A DNA stretch of 32,000 nt from Candidatus Electrothrix yaqonensis (GTDB lineage Bacteria > Desulfobacterota > Desulfobulbia > Desulfobulbales > Desulfobulbaceae): NCBI GenBank assembly GCA_047651235.1, contig CP178758.1, positions 2,010,001-2,042,000 on the forward strand. The letters run 5' to 3'. Position 1 is the stretch's first letter. The number at the start of each line of letters is the position of its first letter. Position numbers and translations under genes: made by a program. Positions 9,043-17,731 of the stretch are shown here, piece by piece. The notes under the pieces were generated by a model. The model was not told where the DNA came from. It ran no database searches and saw only the letters and a program-made list of their open reading frames with translations.

Positions 9043-10136
9043 TCCTTAAACACCGGCTGATACCCACTCTCCCGGATCATATCCGCCACCTCATCCACGC
9101 TACGGTCATCAGTGACCTCAAACTGCACCGTGGCGTCAGCATGATTTTTCAACGAATATTCCCCTACCCCCGTCTTGGATCCGGAAGAGAAGCGGGTCGC
9201 GCCGAGATGAACCAGTCGGTCGCGGAAGGCAGCTGATTCGCGGGTTGAAATGGTGATGCCCAGCCGGGGCATGAAGAGCCGCCAGGCCAGCATGAACTGG
9301 ACAAAATCAATATCGGAAAGAATGTTTTTTGGTTCAATGATCCCCTTGGCCTTGGTCATTCGGGGCAGGGAGAGGGAAATCTCCACATCCGGGAATTCTT
9401 GCTCCAGCCAGCGGGCATGGAGCGCAGCCATACATGCCTCCCTGCGCGGTTCCCCCAGGCCGAACAGGGTGCCGATATTCAGGGCCCGGAAGCCTGCCCG
9501 TGCCCCGCGTTCCGGGGTCAGCAGGCGGTACTCGTAATCCGCCTTTCTGCCGCGCGGATGCACCTCTTTATAGATATTCCGATCATAGACCTCCTGGTAC
9601 ACGGTGAGTGAATCGGCTCCGGCCCGGCACAGCACCCGGTAGTCCTCCTCATCCATCGGGAAAATTTCCAGGGCAATGGATGAAAAGTATTTTTTCATCA
9701 CAGCGACTGCTGCTTCCAGATAGGATATCGGGGTCTTGGCCGGGGCTTCGCCGGTGAGGATCAGGATGTGGCGGATACCGGTGGCAGCAATGGCGGCAGC
9801 CTCCCGTTCGATTTCTTCGATGCTCAACTTGGTGCGGGGGAAATCCACGCCTGCATTGAAGCCGCAATAGGTGCAGAGATTGGAACAGTAGTCGGAAATA
9901 TAGAGGGGCGCGTACAGGCTGATGATATTGCCGAAATGCTGGCGGGTGAGCCGCTGAGCCTTGCGGGCCATTTCTTCGAGGAAATTGCGGGCTGCTTCAG
10001 AAAGCAGGTTCAGCAGGTCGCGCTGGTCCAGTTCCTCCCGCTGCAGAGAGTTGCGCACGTCCGCCGGGGTGACAGATTGAAAATATCCTTCAAAATCAAA
10101 ATTATCCAGTTCCAGAACGCGGTGCATAAAGGACAT
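9027..10136 (-). CDS. thiH: 2-iminoacetate synthase (tyrosine lyase), radical SAM
   Basis: 369 aa with the CSNLCTYCGF radical-SAM cluster motif. It lies downstream of thiS-thiG. Confidence 0.93.
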   Translation of the reverse strand: MSFMHRVLELDNFDFEGYFQSVTPADVRNSLQREELDQRDLLNLLSEAARNFLEEMARKAQRLTRQHFGNIISLYAPLYISDYCSNLCTYCGFNAGVDFPRTKLSIEEIEREAAAIAATGIRHILILTGEAPAKTPISYLEAAVAVMKKYFSSIALEIFPMDEEDYRVLCRAGADSLTVYQEVYDRNIYKEVHPRGRKADYEYRLLTPERGARAGFRALNIGTLFGLGEPRREACMAALHARWLEQEFPDVEISLSLPRMTKAKGIIEPKNILSDIDFVQFMLAWRLFMPRLGITISTRESAAFRDRLVHLGATRFSSGSKTGVGEYSLKNHADATVQFEVTDDRSVDEVADMIRESGYQPVFKDWELV

Positions 10137-10137
10137 G

Positions 10138-10935
10138 TCAGTTCCTCAGGAAACCGGTCAAAGGAGAAGATGCATCGGCGTATTCCTTTTCCTCGGCCAG
10201 CTGGGCCAGCCGGGCCATTCTGCCAGCCTGCACAGCCAGGGCAAAGGCCTTTCCGGCTACAACCGGATCATGACTGGTGGCAATGGCTGTGTTGACCAAA
10301 ACCGCATCTGCGCCCATCTCCATAGCCTCAGCCGCTTGGGACGGCCTGCCGATTCCGGCATCCACCACCACAGGCAGCTTGCTGACCTCAATGATCCGTT
10401 TGATCATCGGCTTCATCTCCAGGCCCCGGTTGGTACCGATGGGCGCGCCCAGCGGCATGACCGCAGCAGCCCCGGCATCGTGGAGCTGCTTGGTCACGGT
10501 GATGTCCGGCATCATATAGGGCAGGACGATAAAGCCCTCCTTGGCCAGAATCTCCGTGGCCCTGAGCGTACCTGCGTTATCCGGCAGCAGGTACTTCATG
10601 TCCGTGATCACCTCAATCTTGATAAAATCGCCGCAGCCTGCTTCGCGGGCAATCCGGGCGATGCGCACCGCTTCCTCGGCGGTTCTGGCCCCGGAAGTAT
10701 TGGGCAGAATGCGCACCGATTTGGGGATGTAGTGGAGGATATCCTTTTCCTTTGCTTTAGGATCCACCCGACGCAGAGCCACCGTGATCAGTTCCGAGCC
10801 GCTGGCCTCCAGCATAGGCGCGATGATCTCCCGTGAGGCAAACTTGCCGGTGCCGGTGAGCAGACGGCTGGCAAAGGGCACGTCGCCGAAGTACAGGGTA
10901 TCATCTGCCGGTTCAGGTTCAATATGCTTGGACAT
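10138..10935 (-). CDS. thiG: Thiazole synthase
   Basis: 265 aa with ThiG hallmarks ([51 protein letters not shown]). Confidence 0.95.
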   Translation of the reverse strand: MSKHIEPEPADDTLYFGDVPFASRLLTGTGKFASREIIAPMLEASGSELITVALRRVDPKAKEKDILHYIPKSVRILPNTSGARTAEEAVRIARIAREAGCGDFIKIEVITDMKYLLPDNAGTLRATEILAKEGFIVLPYMMPDITVTKQLHDAGAAAVMPLGAPIGTNRGLEMKPMIKRIIEVSKLPVVVDAGIGRPSQAAEAMEMGADAVLVNTAIATSHDPVVAGKAFALAVQAGRMARLAQLAEEKEYADASSPLTGFLRN

Positions 10936-11133
10936 TCATCCTCCTCCTACAAAACTGAGCAGCTCGACCGTGTCGCCCTCGTGCAGGGGCATCTGCTGCC
11001 AGTCTTCTTTTTTAATCAGCTGAAAATTGACCTCCGCAATCACGGCATCTGGATTAAAGCCTTTTTCCAAAACCATCTCGTGCAGGGTCCGGCCTGCTGT
11101 TGCTGTTTTCTCGCCGTTCAGCGTAATATGCAT
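10936..11133 (-). CDS. thiS: Sulfur carrier protein ThiS
   Basis: 65 aa starting at the internal Met of ORF 10936..11253 (MHITLNGE...) and ending in the canonical GG. It abuts the thiG start. Confidence 0.85.
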   Translation of the reverse strand: MHITLNGEKTATAGRTLHEMVLEKGFNPDAVIAEVNFQLIKKEDWQQMPLHEGDTVELLSFVGGG

Positions 11134-11269
11134 GATAATTGAAGAAACAAATTTTTTCAGTAACGAAAAAAGCTGAGTACTGAGTATGAAGAGCCTGACC
11201 GGGACTGCGCGAGACCGCAGCCTGCGGCAGAGCAGAGGAGGAGCAAGAAACAAAAGGGAACTCCTGCGG

Positions 11270-11370
11270 AGCGTTTATCACTGTTCCTACGACGGCATGA
11301 TCCGTATCAGGTTCCAAGGGTTGGAGCGGCTGCTCCTCTCAGCTCATACAAAAAGCACCCCCAGTGAAAC
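11270..11370 (-). promoter_or_regulatory. TPP (THI-box) riboswitch upstream of thiSGH
   Basis: The minus strand reads cactgggggtgctttttgtatgagCTGAGAggagcagccgctccaACCCTTgGAACCTGATacGGATcATGCCgtcgtAGGaacag. This matches the conserved GGGGUGC / CUGAGA / ACCCUU-GAACCUGAU-GGAU-AUGCC-AGG elements. Confidence 0.85.
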
Positions 11371-11552
11371 ACAGATCAATGTCTACCTGATTTCTTCGTG
11401 GGTTGTCAATGTAAATCAGGGGCGAGGCGGCAGGTGGAATATTTGACGGGTGAGGTTGTTCAGTTATGCTTCCGACCTCCTTTTTCAAAATTATTTCTTC
11501 ACTTTTCCCATAGAGGACGAATCTTTTCCGTCATTCGGTTGAAAATATCAGT

Positions 11553-11614
11553 ATCCGCAGCAGAGTCAGCGTGACCGAATCCCCGACCTTGTATTTCTCC
11601 TCCTCATCCCGCAG
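11553..11614 (-). repeat. Remnant copy of the htrA 3' region (PDZ-domain end), direct repeat of 12649-12711
   Basis: It reads LRDEEEKYKVGDSVTLTLLR against htrA LRDEVEKYQVGESVTLTLLR. About 62 nt align with one indel and several mismatches. Confidence 0.65.
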
Positions 11615-11697
11615 TGACAGGAAACCTATCTTTCAATTGTCGGCCGGAAGGTGTTATTACCCGAAGAACCCAGCCTGTTGTTGCTATCCTGACTGAG

Positions 11698-12594
11698 TCA
11701 TCTGCAGTACATTGAGAGTTTTTCCTCCTCATTGATCTCAACCGAAAGAAAGCCTGTAGTTTCTTCGGGCACACCGTCTCCGGTACAACCCGGCTCGCTG
11801 ATGGAATACGTTGCGGTACCGTTCCTGAAGGTCCAAATGCGATGAACACAGGGCCAAGTACCTTGAAACTCCATCGCATCGCAGTTTGCGTTGATCGTCA
11901 AATCCGGAGGGAACGACAAGGCTTTCGGAACGTTCCAAACCCTGTATCGATAGCTGCATGAACTGTCTGTATTGTCTGTATCGACAACGATCCGATACTT
12001 CGGAGTACGACAAACGAAATCGATAAGCCGTTCATCATTATGTTTTGCTTGCTGTTTGTCAGTCTGTAAATTTACGGTGCTGATGTAGTAGCTCAGGTGA
12101 TCATCAACTACCTCCGGTTTAACCCAGAGATCTCCCCTCATCCCATACATTACTCCTTGAGCACTGCATGAAATATGTTTCGTGTTGAGCACGGCCGTTC
12201 GTATGTATCGAGGAAAGATCTCGCTGAATCGATCCTGAAGTGCCTCCGGATCAAGAATTGTTATCGCACCGCGACCTGGTCCGCTCACTCGAAGGGGAAA
12301 CCTGGTAAGGAGTGCGACCTGTGTGACATCTCGGGCGGTGAGCGCAAGCCGCAACTCAGAATCGAACCTCCTGAGTTCTCCGGAATCCTGACCCTCAAGC
12401 CATCGTATATCGCAATCGTCAACGACAGATGAATTTTCTTTCGGTATTCGTGGAGATGGGGCGGTGTCAGCCCGCACCGGTGCTGCGGTCACGAAAAGCA
12501 GCATACAGGTTATCAGAATAAGACTTTGAATGGAGCCTAAAAGAGACATGTTATTGTAATCTCCAACAAATAGTTTGATAAATTTTTTACTCAT
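11698..12594 (-). CDS. Hypothetical exported protein (signal peptide, Cys-containing, no recognised family)
   Basis: 298 aa. AGGAGGGG lies 6 nt upstream of the ATG and directly follows the htrA stop. The hydrophobic leader is ...LILITCMLLFVTAAPVRADTAP. Confidence 0.7.
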   Translation of the reverse strand: MSKKFIKLFVGDYNNMSLLGSIQSLILITCMLLFVTAAPVRADTAPSPRIPKENSSVVDDCDIRWLEGQDSGELRRFDSELRLALTARDVTQVALLTRFPLRVSGPGRGAITILDPEALQDRFSEIFPRYIRTAVLNTKHISCSAQGVMYGMRGDLWVKPEVVDDHLSYYISTVNLQTDKQQAKHNDERLIDFVCRTPKYRIVVDTDNTDSSCSYRYRVWNVPKALSFPPDLTINANCDAMEFQGTWPCVHRIWTFRNGTATYSISEPGCTGDGVPEETTGFLSVEINEEEKLSMYCR

Positions 12595-12606
12595 AATTTT
12601 CCCCTC

Positions 12607-13725
12607 CTATATCGCCTCCAGCACCACAGCCACCTCAACCTGCCGATTATCCCGCAACAGGGTCAGTGTGACTGACTCCCCGACCTGGTATTTCTCCACT
12701 TCATCCCGCAGTTTGTTGTAGTCCGCAATCCGGACGCCGTTCACGGCCAGAATAATATCCCCGAGGATCAGGCCGCCCCGGACCTGCTGCGTGCCGCGCA
12801 GCCTGGCTTTATCCGCTGATGAGCCTGACTCCACCCGCAGAACCAGCACGCCCTCCAGGCCCAGTTCCCTGACCAGCCGCTCATTGGCTACGCTGATCCC
12901 CAAGCCGGGCCGGAACATTTTACCGTGCCGGATAATCTGCGGCACCACCCGGTTGACCTCATGCACGGGCACGGCAAATCCCACCCCGGAATTTGCCCCG
13001 GAGGGGCTGAAAATCATGGTGTTAACCCCGATCAGCCGTCCGGCGCTGTCCAGCAGCGGGCCGCCGGAATTGCCCGGATTAATGGCCGCATCGGTCTGAA
13101 TCACGTTGTGGATGGTACGGTTGGTCACGGATTTGATCTCCCGTCCCAAGGCACTGACCACGCCGGTGGTCAGGGTCTGGTCCAGACCGAAGGGATTGCC
13201 GATGGCAAAAACCTTCTGGCCCACCTGCAGGCCATCCGATTCACCGATCATGATGGGACGCAGTTTGTCTGCAGGCGCGGAAATCTGCAATACCGCCAGA
13301 TCACGGTCCGGGGCAGCACCGACCAGCGCAGCCTTCCAGGTGGTGTGATCAGCCAGTGTGACCTCAATCCGGTTGGCGTCGGCAATGACGTGGAAGTTAG
13401 TGACTATCCGTCCTTCTTGGTCCCAGATAAAGCCGGAACCGGTGCCTTTGGGGATTTCATACAGATTCAGGGTAAACAGGTTCCGCTGCACCTCGATGGT
13501 GGTGATGTACACAACGGAAGGGGAAACCTCCCGGAACACGGCAATGGTGTTCTTTTCATCATCAGCCAAGTCACCCCGTGCCGTGACAGGTCGGGGGGCC
13601 GCGTTCTGCTCAAGGCGGTCGATTTCCGGGTTCAGGGTATGAAAAACGAGATAAAAGAAGGCGAGGAGAATCAGCAGCAGGGCAACAGGATTACCGCTGC
13701 GGAAGGGCGAACGGAATGCGCGCAT
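12607..13725 (-). CDS. htrA: HtrA/DegP-family periplasmic serine protease with one PDZ domain
   Basis: 372 aa with an N-terminal TM/signal and the catalytic triad context TNFHV ... DLAVL ... GNSGGPLLD. A PDZ-like C-terminus is present. Confidence 0.93.
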   Translation of the reverse strand: MRAFRSPFRSGNPVALLLILLAFFYLVFHTLNPEIDRLEQNAAPRPVTARGDLADDEKNTIAVFREVSPSVVYITTIEVQRNLFTLNLYEIPKGTGSGFIWDQEGRIVTNFHVIADANRIEVTLADHTTWKAALVGAAPDRDLAVLQISAPADKLRPIMIGESDGLQVGQKVFAIGNPFGLDQTLTTGVVSALGREIKSVTNRTIHNVIQTDAAINPGNSGGPLLDSAGRLIGVNTMIFSPSGANSGVGFAVPVHEVNRVVPQIIRHGKMFRPGLGISVANERLVRELGLEGVLVLRVESGSSADKARLRGTQQVRGGLILGDIILAVNGVRIADYNKLRDEVEKYQVGESVTLTLLRDNRQVEVAVVLEAI

Positions 13726-13743
13726 ATTCAGATATTCAGATAT

Positions 13744-15126
13744 TCAGATATTGAGCAGATATTTTGCAGTGGAAAAATAAAGAGTTATACCGAGCACATC
13801 GATTGAGGTGGTAATAAACGGCCCAGTGGCAATGGCTGCATCCACATGAAAACGTTTCAGGAGCATGGGGATGATTGTGCCCAGACTGGCCGCCATGACC
13901 ATGACTGCACACACGGAAAGCCCGACGACCACGCCGAGATAGGCCGGTGAGCTGTACTGAAATGAGGCCATGATACCGAGCAGCAGACCGAAAATAACCC
14001 CCAGAGCCGTGCCGACCAGGGTCTCCCGGCCGACGATATGGAAAAACTGGGGCATGTTGACCCGGCCCGTGGCCATACCGCGCACCACGATGGTGCTGGA
14101 CTGGGTAGCAATATTGCCGCCCATCCCGGCGATGATCGGCATAAAGGAGGCCAGGGCCAGAACTTTCTGCAGCTCCTGCTGAAATCCGTTGATGATGAAC
14201 ATAGCTGCAACCCCGCCGATCCAGGAGGCAAAAAGCCAGGGGGCACGCAGGATGATTTTCTGGTGTAGCGGCTTGAGCAGAATTTCATTGTCCTTACCTG
14301 CCCCGGCCATCTGGAGAAAATCTTCCGTGGCCTCTTCCCGGATAACATCGATCACGTCATCCACCGTAACAATCCCGACCAGTTTGAAGGTGGCGTCAAC
14401 CACCGGAAGGGCCAGCAGGTTGTATTGGGAAACGACATGCGCCACCTCACTCTGATCCGTATCCGTGGTCACAGAAATCACCCTGGGGTTCATAATATTT
14501 TTCAGCTGCCGATGCATGGGATGGAGCAGCAGTTCCCGCAGGGAAAGGACACCGGTCAGCAGGCCGTCGCCGTGGGTAATATAAAGATAAAAGACCATTT
14601 CCTTATCTTCACTGCGTTTCTGCACCTTACTGATCGCCTCTTCCACGGTCAGTTTCTCATCCAGGTACATAAAATCCGGTGACATGATGCCGCCTGCTGT
14701 TTCCGGATCATATTTGAGCAGTTCCTCAAGCTCGTGACGGTCTTCCCGCTCCATGTGGGTCCGGACAGCAGCGGCAAGCTCATCAGGAATTATCTCCAGC
14801 AGATCAGCTGCATCATCCGGAGCCATTTTGCTGATCACGTCGGCCATAAAGATAGGCGTCAGGTCTTCCGTCAGCTCCACAATAATAGAGTCATCCAGCT
14901 CGCTGAAGAAATCCGCCACCAGATCCGTATTGGCGATGATCTCAAAGATTTTTTTTCGGTCAGCCGGGGGGAGAGAGCGGAACACCCAGGCCAGATCGGC
15001 CGGGTGGGTTTTCTGGATCAGTTTCAGCAGGTTTTCCGTTGCCCCTTTGCGCTGCAGGCGGCGCAGAGTATCCAGCAGCACCTTCCCTTCAAAGCCGATC
15101 ATTTCTCGTTTTGCTGTTTTCTGCAC
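13744..15126 (-). CDS. mgtE: Magnesium transporter MgtE
   Basis: 460 aa with an MgtE N-domain, a CBS pair and a 5-TM C-terminal domain (PWLFASWIGG ... IAGMGGNIATQSSTIVVRG). Confidence 0.95.
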   Translation of the reverse strand: MQKTAKREMIGFEGKVLLDTLRRLQRKGATENLLKLIQKTHPADLAWVFRSLPPADRKKIFEIIANTDLVADFFSELDDSIIVELTEDLTPIFMADVISKMAPDDAADLLEIIPDELAAAVRTHMEREDRHELEELLKYDPETAGGIMSPDFMYLDEKLTVEEAISKVQKRSEDKEMVFYLYITHGDGLLTGVLSLRELLLHPMHRQLKNIMNPRVISVTTDTDQSEVAHVVSQYNLLALPVVDATFKLVGIVTVDDVIDVIREEATEDFLQMAGAGKDNEILLKPLHQKIILRAPWLFASWIGGVAAMFIINGFQQELQKVLALASFMPIIAGMGGNIATQSSTIVVRGMATGRVNMPQFFHIVGRETLVGTALGVIFGLLLGIMASFQYSSPAYLGVVVGLSVCAVMVMAASLGTIIPMLLKRFHVDAAIATGPFITTSIDVLGITLYFSTAKYLLNI

Positions 15127-15222
15127 GGAAAACTCCTCAAGACAGTTCTCAGTTCTGCTGCCTACTTTTATTCGTTCCTATTTTATTGCTGCATCGGAAT
15201 ATTGCTGTAACTGATCTTTCCT

Positions 15223-16030
15223 TCAGCTGAGCCTGACTATCTCCTGAAGGATTTGCTCAATAACTTCAGTATTGTAAATTTTCTTCTTTTTTCCGTTTCC
15301 TTTGATGGAATACACGAAAAACACCTTGCCGCCAAATTTCTTTGTGAACCGCTCGTGATTTCGGCGGTGCATTTCGAGTCATTGATATTTATTGACAGAC
15401 TGACCGGAGGTAACAGGTTTTATCTGAATGCCGATATAGTTTGAATTGATCTGAATGTAGAAATCAACACCGTAGTGCTCAGTCATAGCTAAGTTTTAGG
15501 ATTGCTATCTCCAAATAAGATACGAATATTAAACGAGTGCGACATGTTCAACCCTAAATTTTAGGCTTTACAAAGCAGTAGGTTCTGTCCCATTCATCCG
15601 GGGCAGGTTCTATTTCCCGGTTCAGAATGGATTCAAGCTGCCCGTAGACAGTGTCAATTTCTGCCCGGTATCCTTCATAGGTCCGGTTAAGCACCAGATT
15701 GTAGGCATAGTCGATACATTCCTCTTCGGATATCGCATTAAGTTCGCTGCGGATGACTTCGGATATTTTGATGTACAGGGTCTGACTAAGTCCTGTTATG
15801 TATTCCTTCGTAATTCTGAGACCTTCTTTTTTCTTCTGTCGGGCATTGCTGAAGTAAAAAGTCTCCCACTCCGCAAAACTGCCCGGAGCACAAGCCCGTA
15901 TCAGTTCAGATGTGGGGCCTACGCTGTATGCTTTGTTCAGCCCCCATCGGTTCATGCCGTAATTCAACAGAGTTTCCCGCCTGAATTTCAGATTTCGCCC
16001 CTCTGCACCGGAGATCCATTCTTTCTTCAT
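15223..16030 (-). pseudogene. Disrupted type II restriction endonuclease-like gene (cognate of the adjacent methyltransferase)
   Basis: The N-terminal piece is ORF 15554..16030, whose start overlaps the MTase stop. The C-terminal piece at 15223..15486 reads MTEHYGVDFYIQINSNYIGIQIKPVTSGQSVNKYQ*LEMHRRNHERFTKKFGGKVFFVYS. It has a D...Q-I-K (PD-(D/E)XK-type) core and an in-frame TGA at 15379-15381. All frames are closed between the two pieces. It is possibly MjaI-like, but that family call is from memory only. Confidence 0.55.
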
Positions 16031-17315
16031 TCTTGTCTCAAACGGAGAAATTTCTGTTTGTTTTTGTACTCGGTCTGCTCGTCAACAAAAACCAGTCCGT
16101 TTTTGATCAGATGGGCATTCAGAAAGGTTCTGTTTTTCAGGTATAAATAGCAGAGGAGGTTGTTGTCTTTATCGTGTTTGTCCCGGTCGAACCGCATGTA
16201 CACCTTCTGGTTTTTTGTTTTCCTCTGCAGAAATGCAACCGCATCCTGATTGCAGGCTGCGTCTTCTTTTATACCGATCAGCCGGACTGTCAGGCCGTTA
16301 CCGAGCTGAACAAGTTCCGGAGTAAGGACTGTTTTCACACTGTGATACTCTTCTCTTTGGCCGGAATCCCTGTTGATTTTTGAACCGAACTGCAGTTTTT
16401 CCGGATCGATTTTTTTATCAAACGCGTGAGGGTCTTTGAAAACATACGGGAGCCTGCTGATTTCCTCGGCAAAATCAACATCTAACTTGCCCTGTTCAGT
16501 AAACTCGTATTCCGCCCCCAATATTTCCACCTGATTGATCTGGAGCTTCTTTTTAATAAAGGGTATAAATTCAGCATTTATTTCATAGCCGACTGAATTT
16601 CTGCCGTTATTCTTTGCCGCCAGGGTTGTTGTGCCGCTGCCGAGGAACGGATCAAGGACAGTATCACCGACAAAGGAGAACATCTTGATCAGTCTTTTCG
16701 GTAGCTCTTCCGGAAACATGGCAATATGGCCGTCCTGCTTTGCCCCACGAAAATTCCAATGCCCGGCAAAGTACTCCTTCCATTCCTCCTTGGTCATTTT
16801 GGATAATTCTTTTATCTCTTTGGTCGCCTTTTTCGGGGTACCGAGCTTCTTGAAAAGGAGAATAAATTCATAATCAATAGAGAGAATACCATTGCGGGGA
16901 TGAGGAAAACTGCCCATGATGCTGGCCCCGCCTGTGGTATTAGTGGTTGTTTTTTTTGCCATATCACCGCCCCCATGTAGTCAAATCCGATGCTCTCACA
17001 GAACTTGATGATTTCCGTCCGGATCGGAATGACTTTATAGCGGCCGTAATAGACCGAACGGGCGAACTGATCCCCGATATTGATACAGAGCCTGCAGCCG
17101 TTATCGAGCACCCTGTGACATTCATTCCAGACAAGATTCAACGGGTTGATATAGCTTTCGTAGCTGTCATTGAAGCCTATCTGCTCCTCTGTGCCGTAAT
17201 CCTTCAGCTGCCAGTACGGCGGTGAGGTGATGACAAGATGAACGGACTTGTCGTTCAGTTCGTTCATTTTTCTGCTGTCGCCGCAGATAATCGTATGGCG
17301 TGTTGTCGTGTTCAT
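16027..17315 (-). pseudogene. Beta-class N4-C/N6-A DNA methyltransferase with a C-terminal SNase-like domain, split by a frameshift in an A8 tract
   Basis: ORF 16812..17315 carries motif IV (VITSPPYWQLKDY). ORF 16027..16962 carries motif I (DPFLGSGTTTLAA). The two join as ...GAVIWQKK/TTTNTTGGASIMGSF across the T8 run at 16950-16957. The C-terminal 130 aa (LTVRLIGIKEDAA...CYLYLKNRTFLNAHLIKNGLVFV) look thermonuclease-like. Confidence 0.8.
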
Positions 17316-17338
17316 GTAATCTGTGATTTTTTGTTTTT

Positions 17339-17539
17339 TCAGTCCAGCAGCCCGCTTCTCTGCCCGATAAAACAGAGGAGAAAGCCGATTCCCATTGCCA
17401 GTATCCCCATAACCCGCAGGCTGCCCGGATGCATCTCAGTGAGCTGCTTCAGCCAGCGCTGCATGGCCTCCGGCGAGGCGACATAGGGAACTCCTTCCAA
17501 TATAAGCACCAGTCCGATCAGAGTAATGAGCGTTTTCAT
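17339..17539 (-). CDS. DUF2065-family small membrane protein
   Basis: 66 aa with two TM helices. The pattern LILEGVPYVASPEAMQRWLKQL...LRVMGILAMGIG fits the DUF2065 pattern. Confidence 0.7.
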   Translation of the reverse strand: MKTLITLIGLVLILEGVPYVASPEAMQRWLKQLTEMHPGSLRVMGILAMGIGFLLCFIGQRSGLLD

Positions 17540-17593
17540 GATATAATCAGCCTACCAAATGAAATAAACTGTTGCAATCGTCATACAAACATA

Positions 17594-17623
17594 TTGACAA
17601 TGCACAGTAAAAAAAAGTAATCT
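17594..17623 (+). promoter_or_regulatory. Candidate sigma70-type promoter for purM
   Basis: TTGACA (17594-17599), an 18-nt spacer, then TAATCT (17618-17623). Sequence match only. Confidence 0.3.
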
Positions 17624-17731
17624 TATGCGGTTATCCGGCAGCCGAAACCGCAGGGAGGACAAATTCTCCAGCCCGGACAGGCAGATATCAGGGATACGGC
17701 TGCCTTTATTTTTTACCTGCAGACAGAACCA

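Noticed and set aside
10135-10836. 233-aa plus-strand ORF
   Set aside because: It is antisense to thiG and is a shadow frame.
12925-13806. 293-aa plus-strand ORF
   Set aside because: It is antisense to htrA and has a G/R/H-rich shadow-frame composition.
15127-15250. M-box (Mg) riboswitch upstream of mgtE
   Set aside because: Only about 100 nt separate mgtE from the endonuclease pseudogene, and no M-box-like conserved elements are visible.
17540-17731. ZTP or purine riboswitch upstream of purM
   Set aside because: The sequence lacks the conserved pfl-motif elements (for example CCGCCTGGGC) and the purine aptamer junction. Only a weak hairpin was retained, as a low-interest finding.
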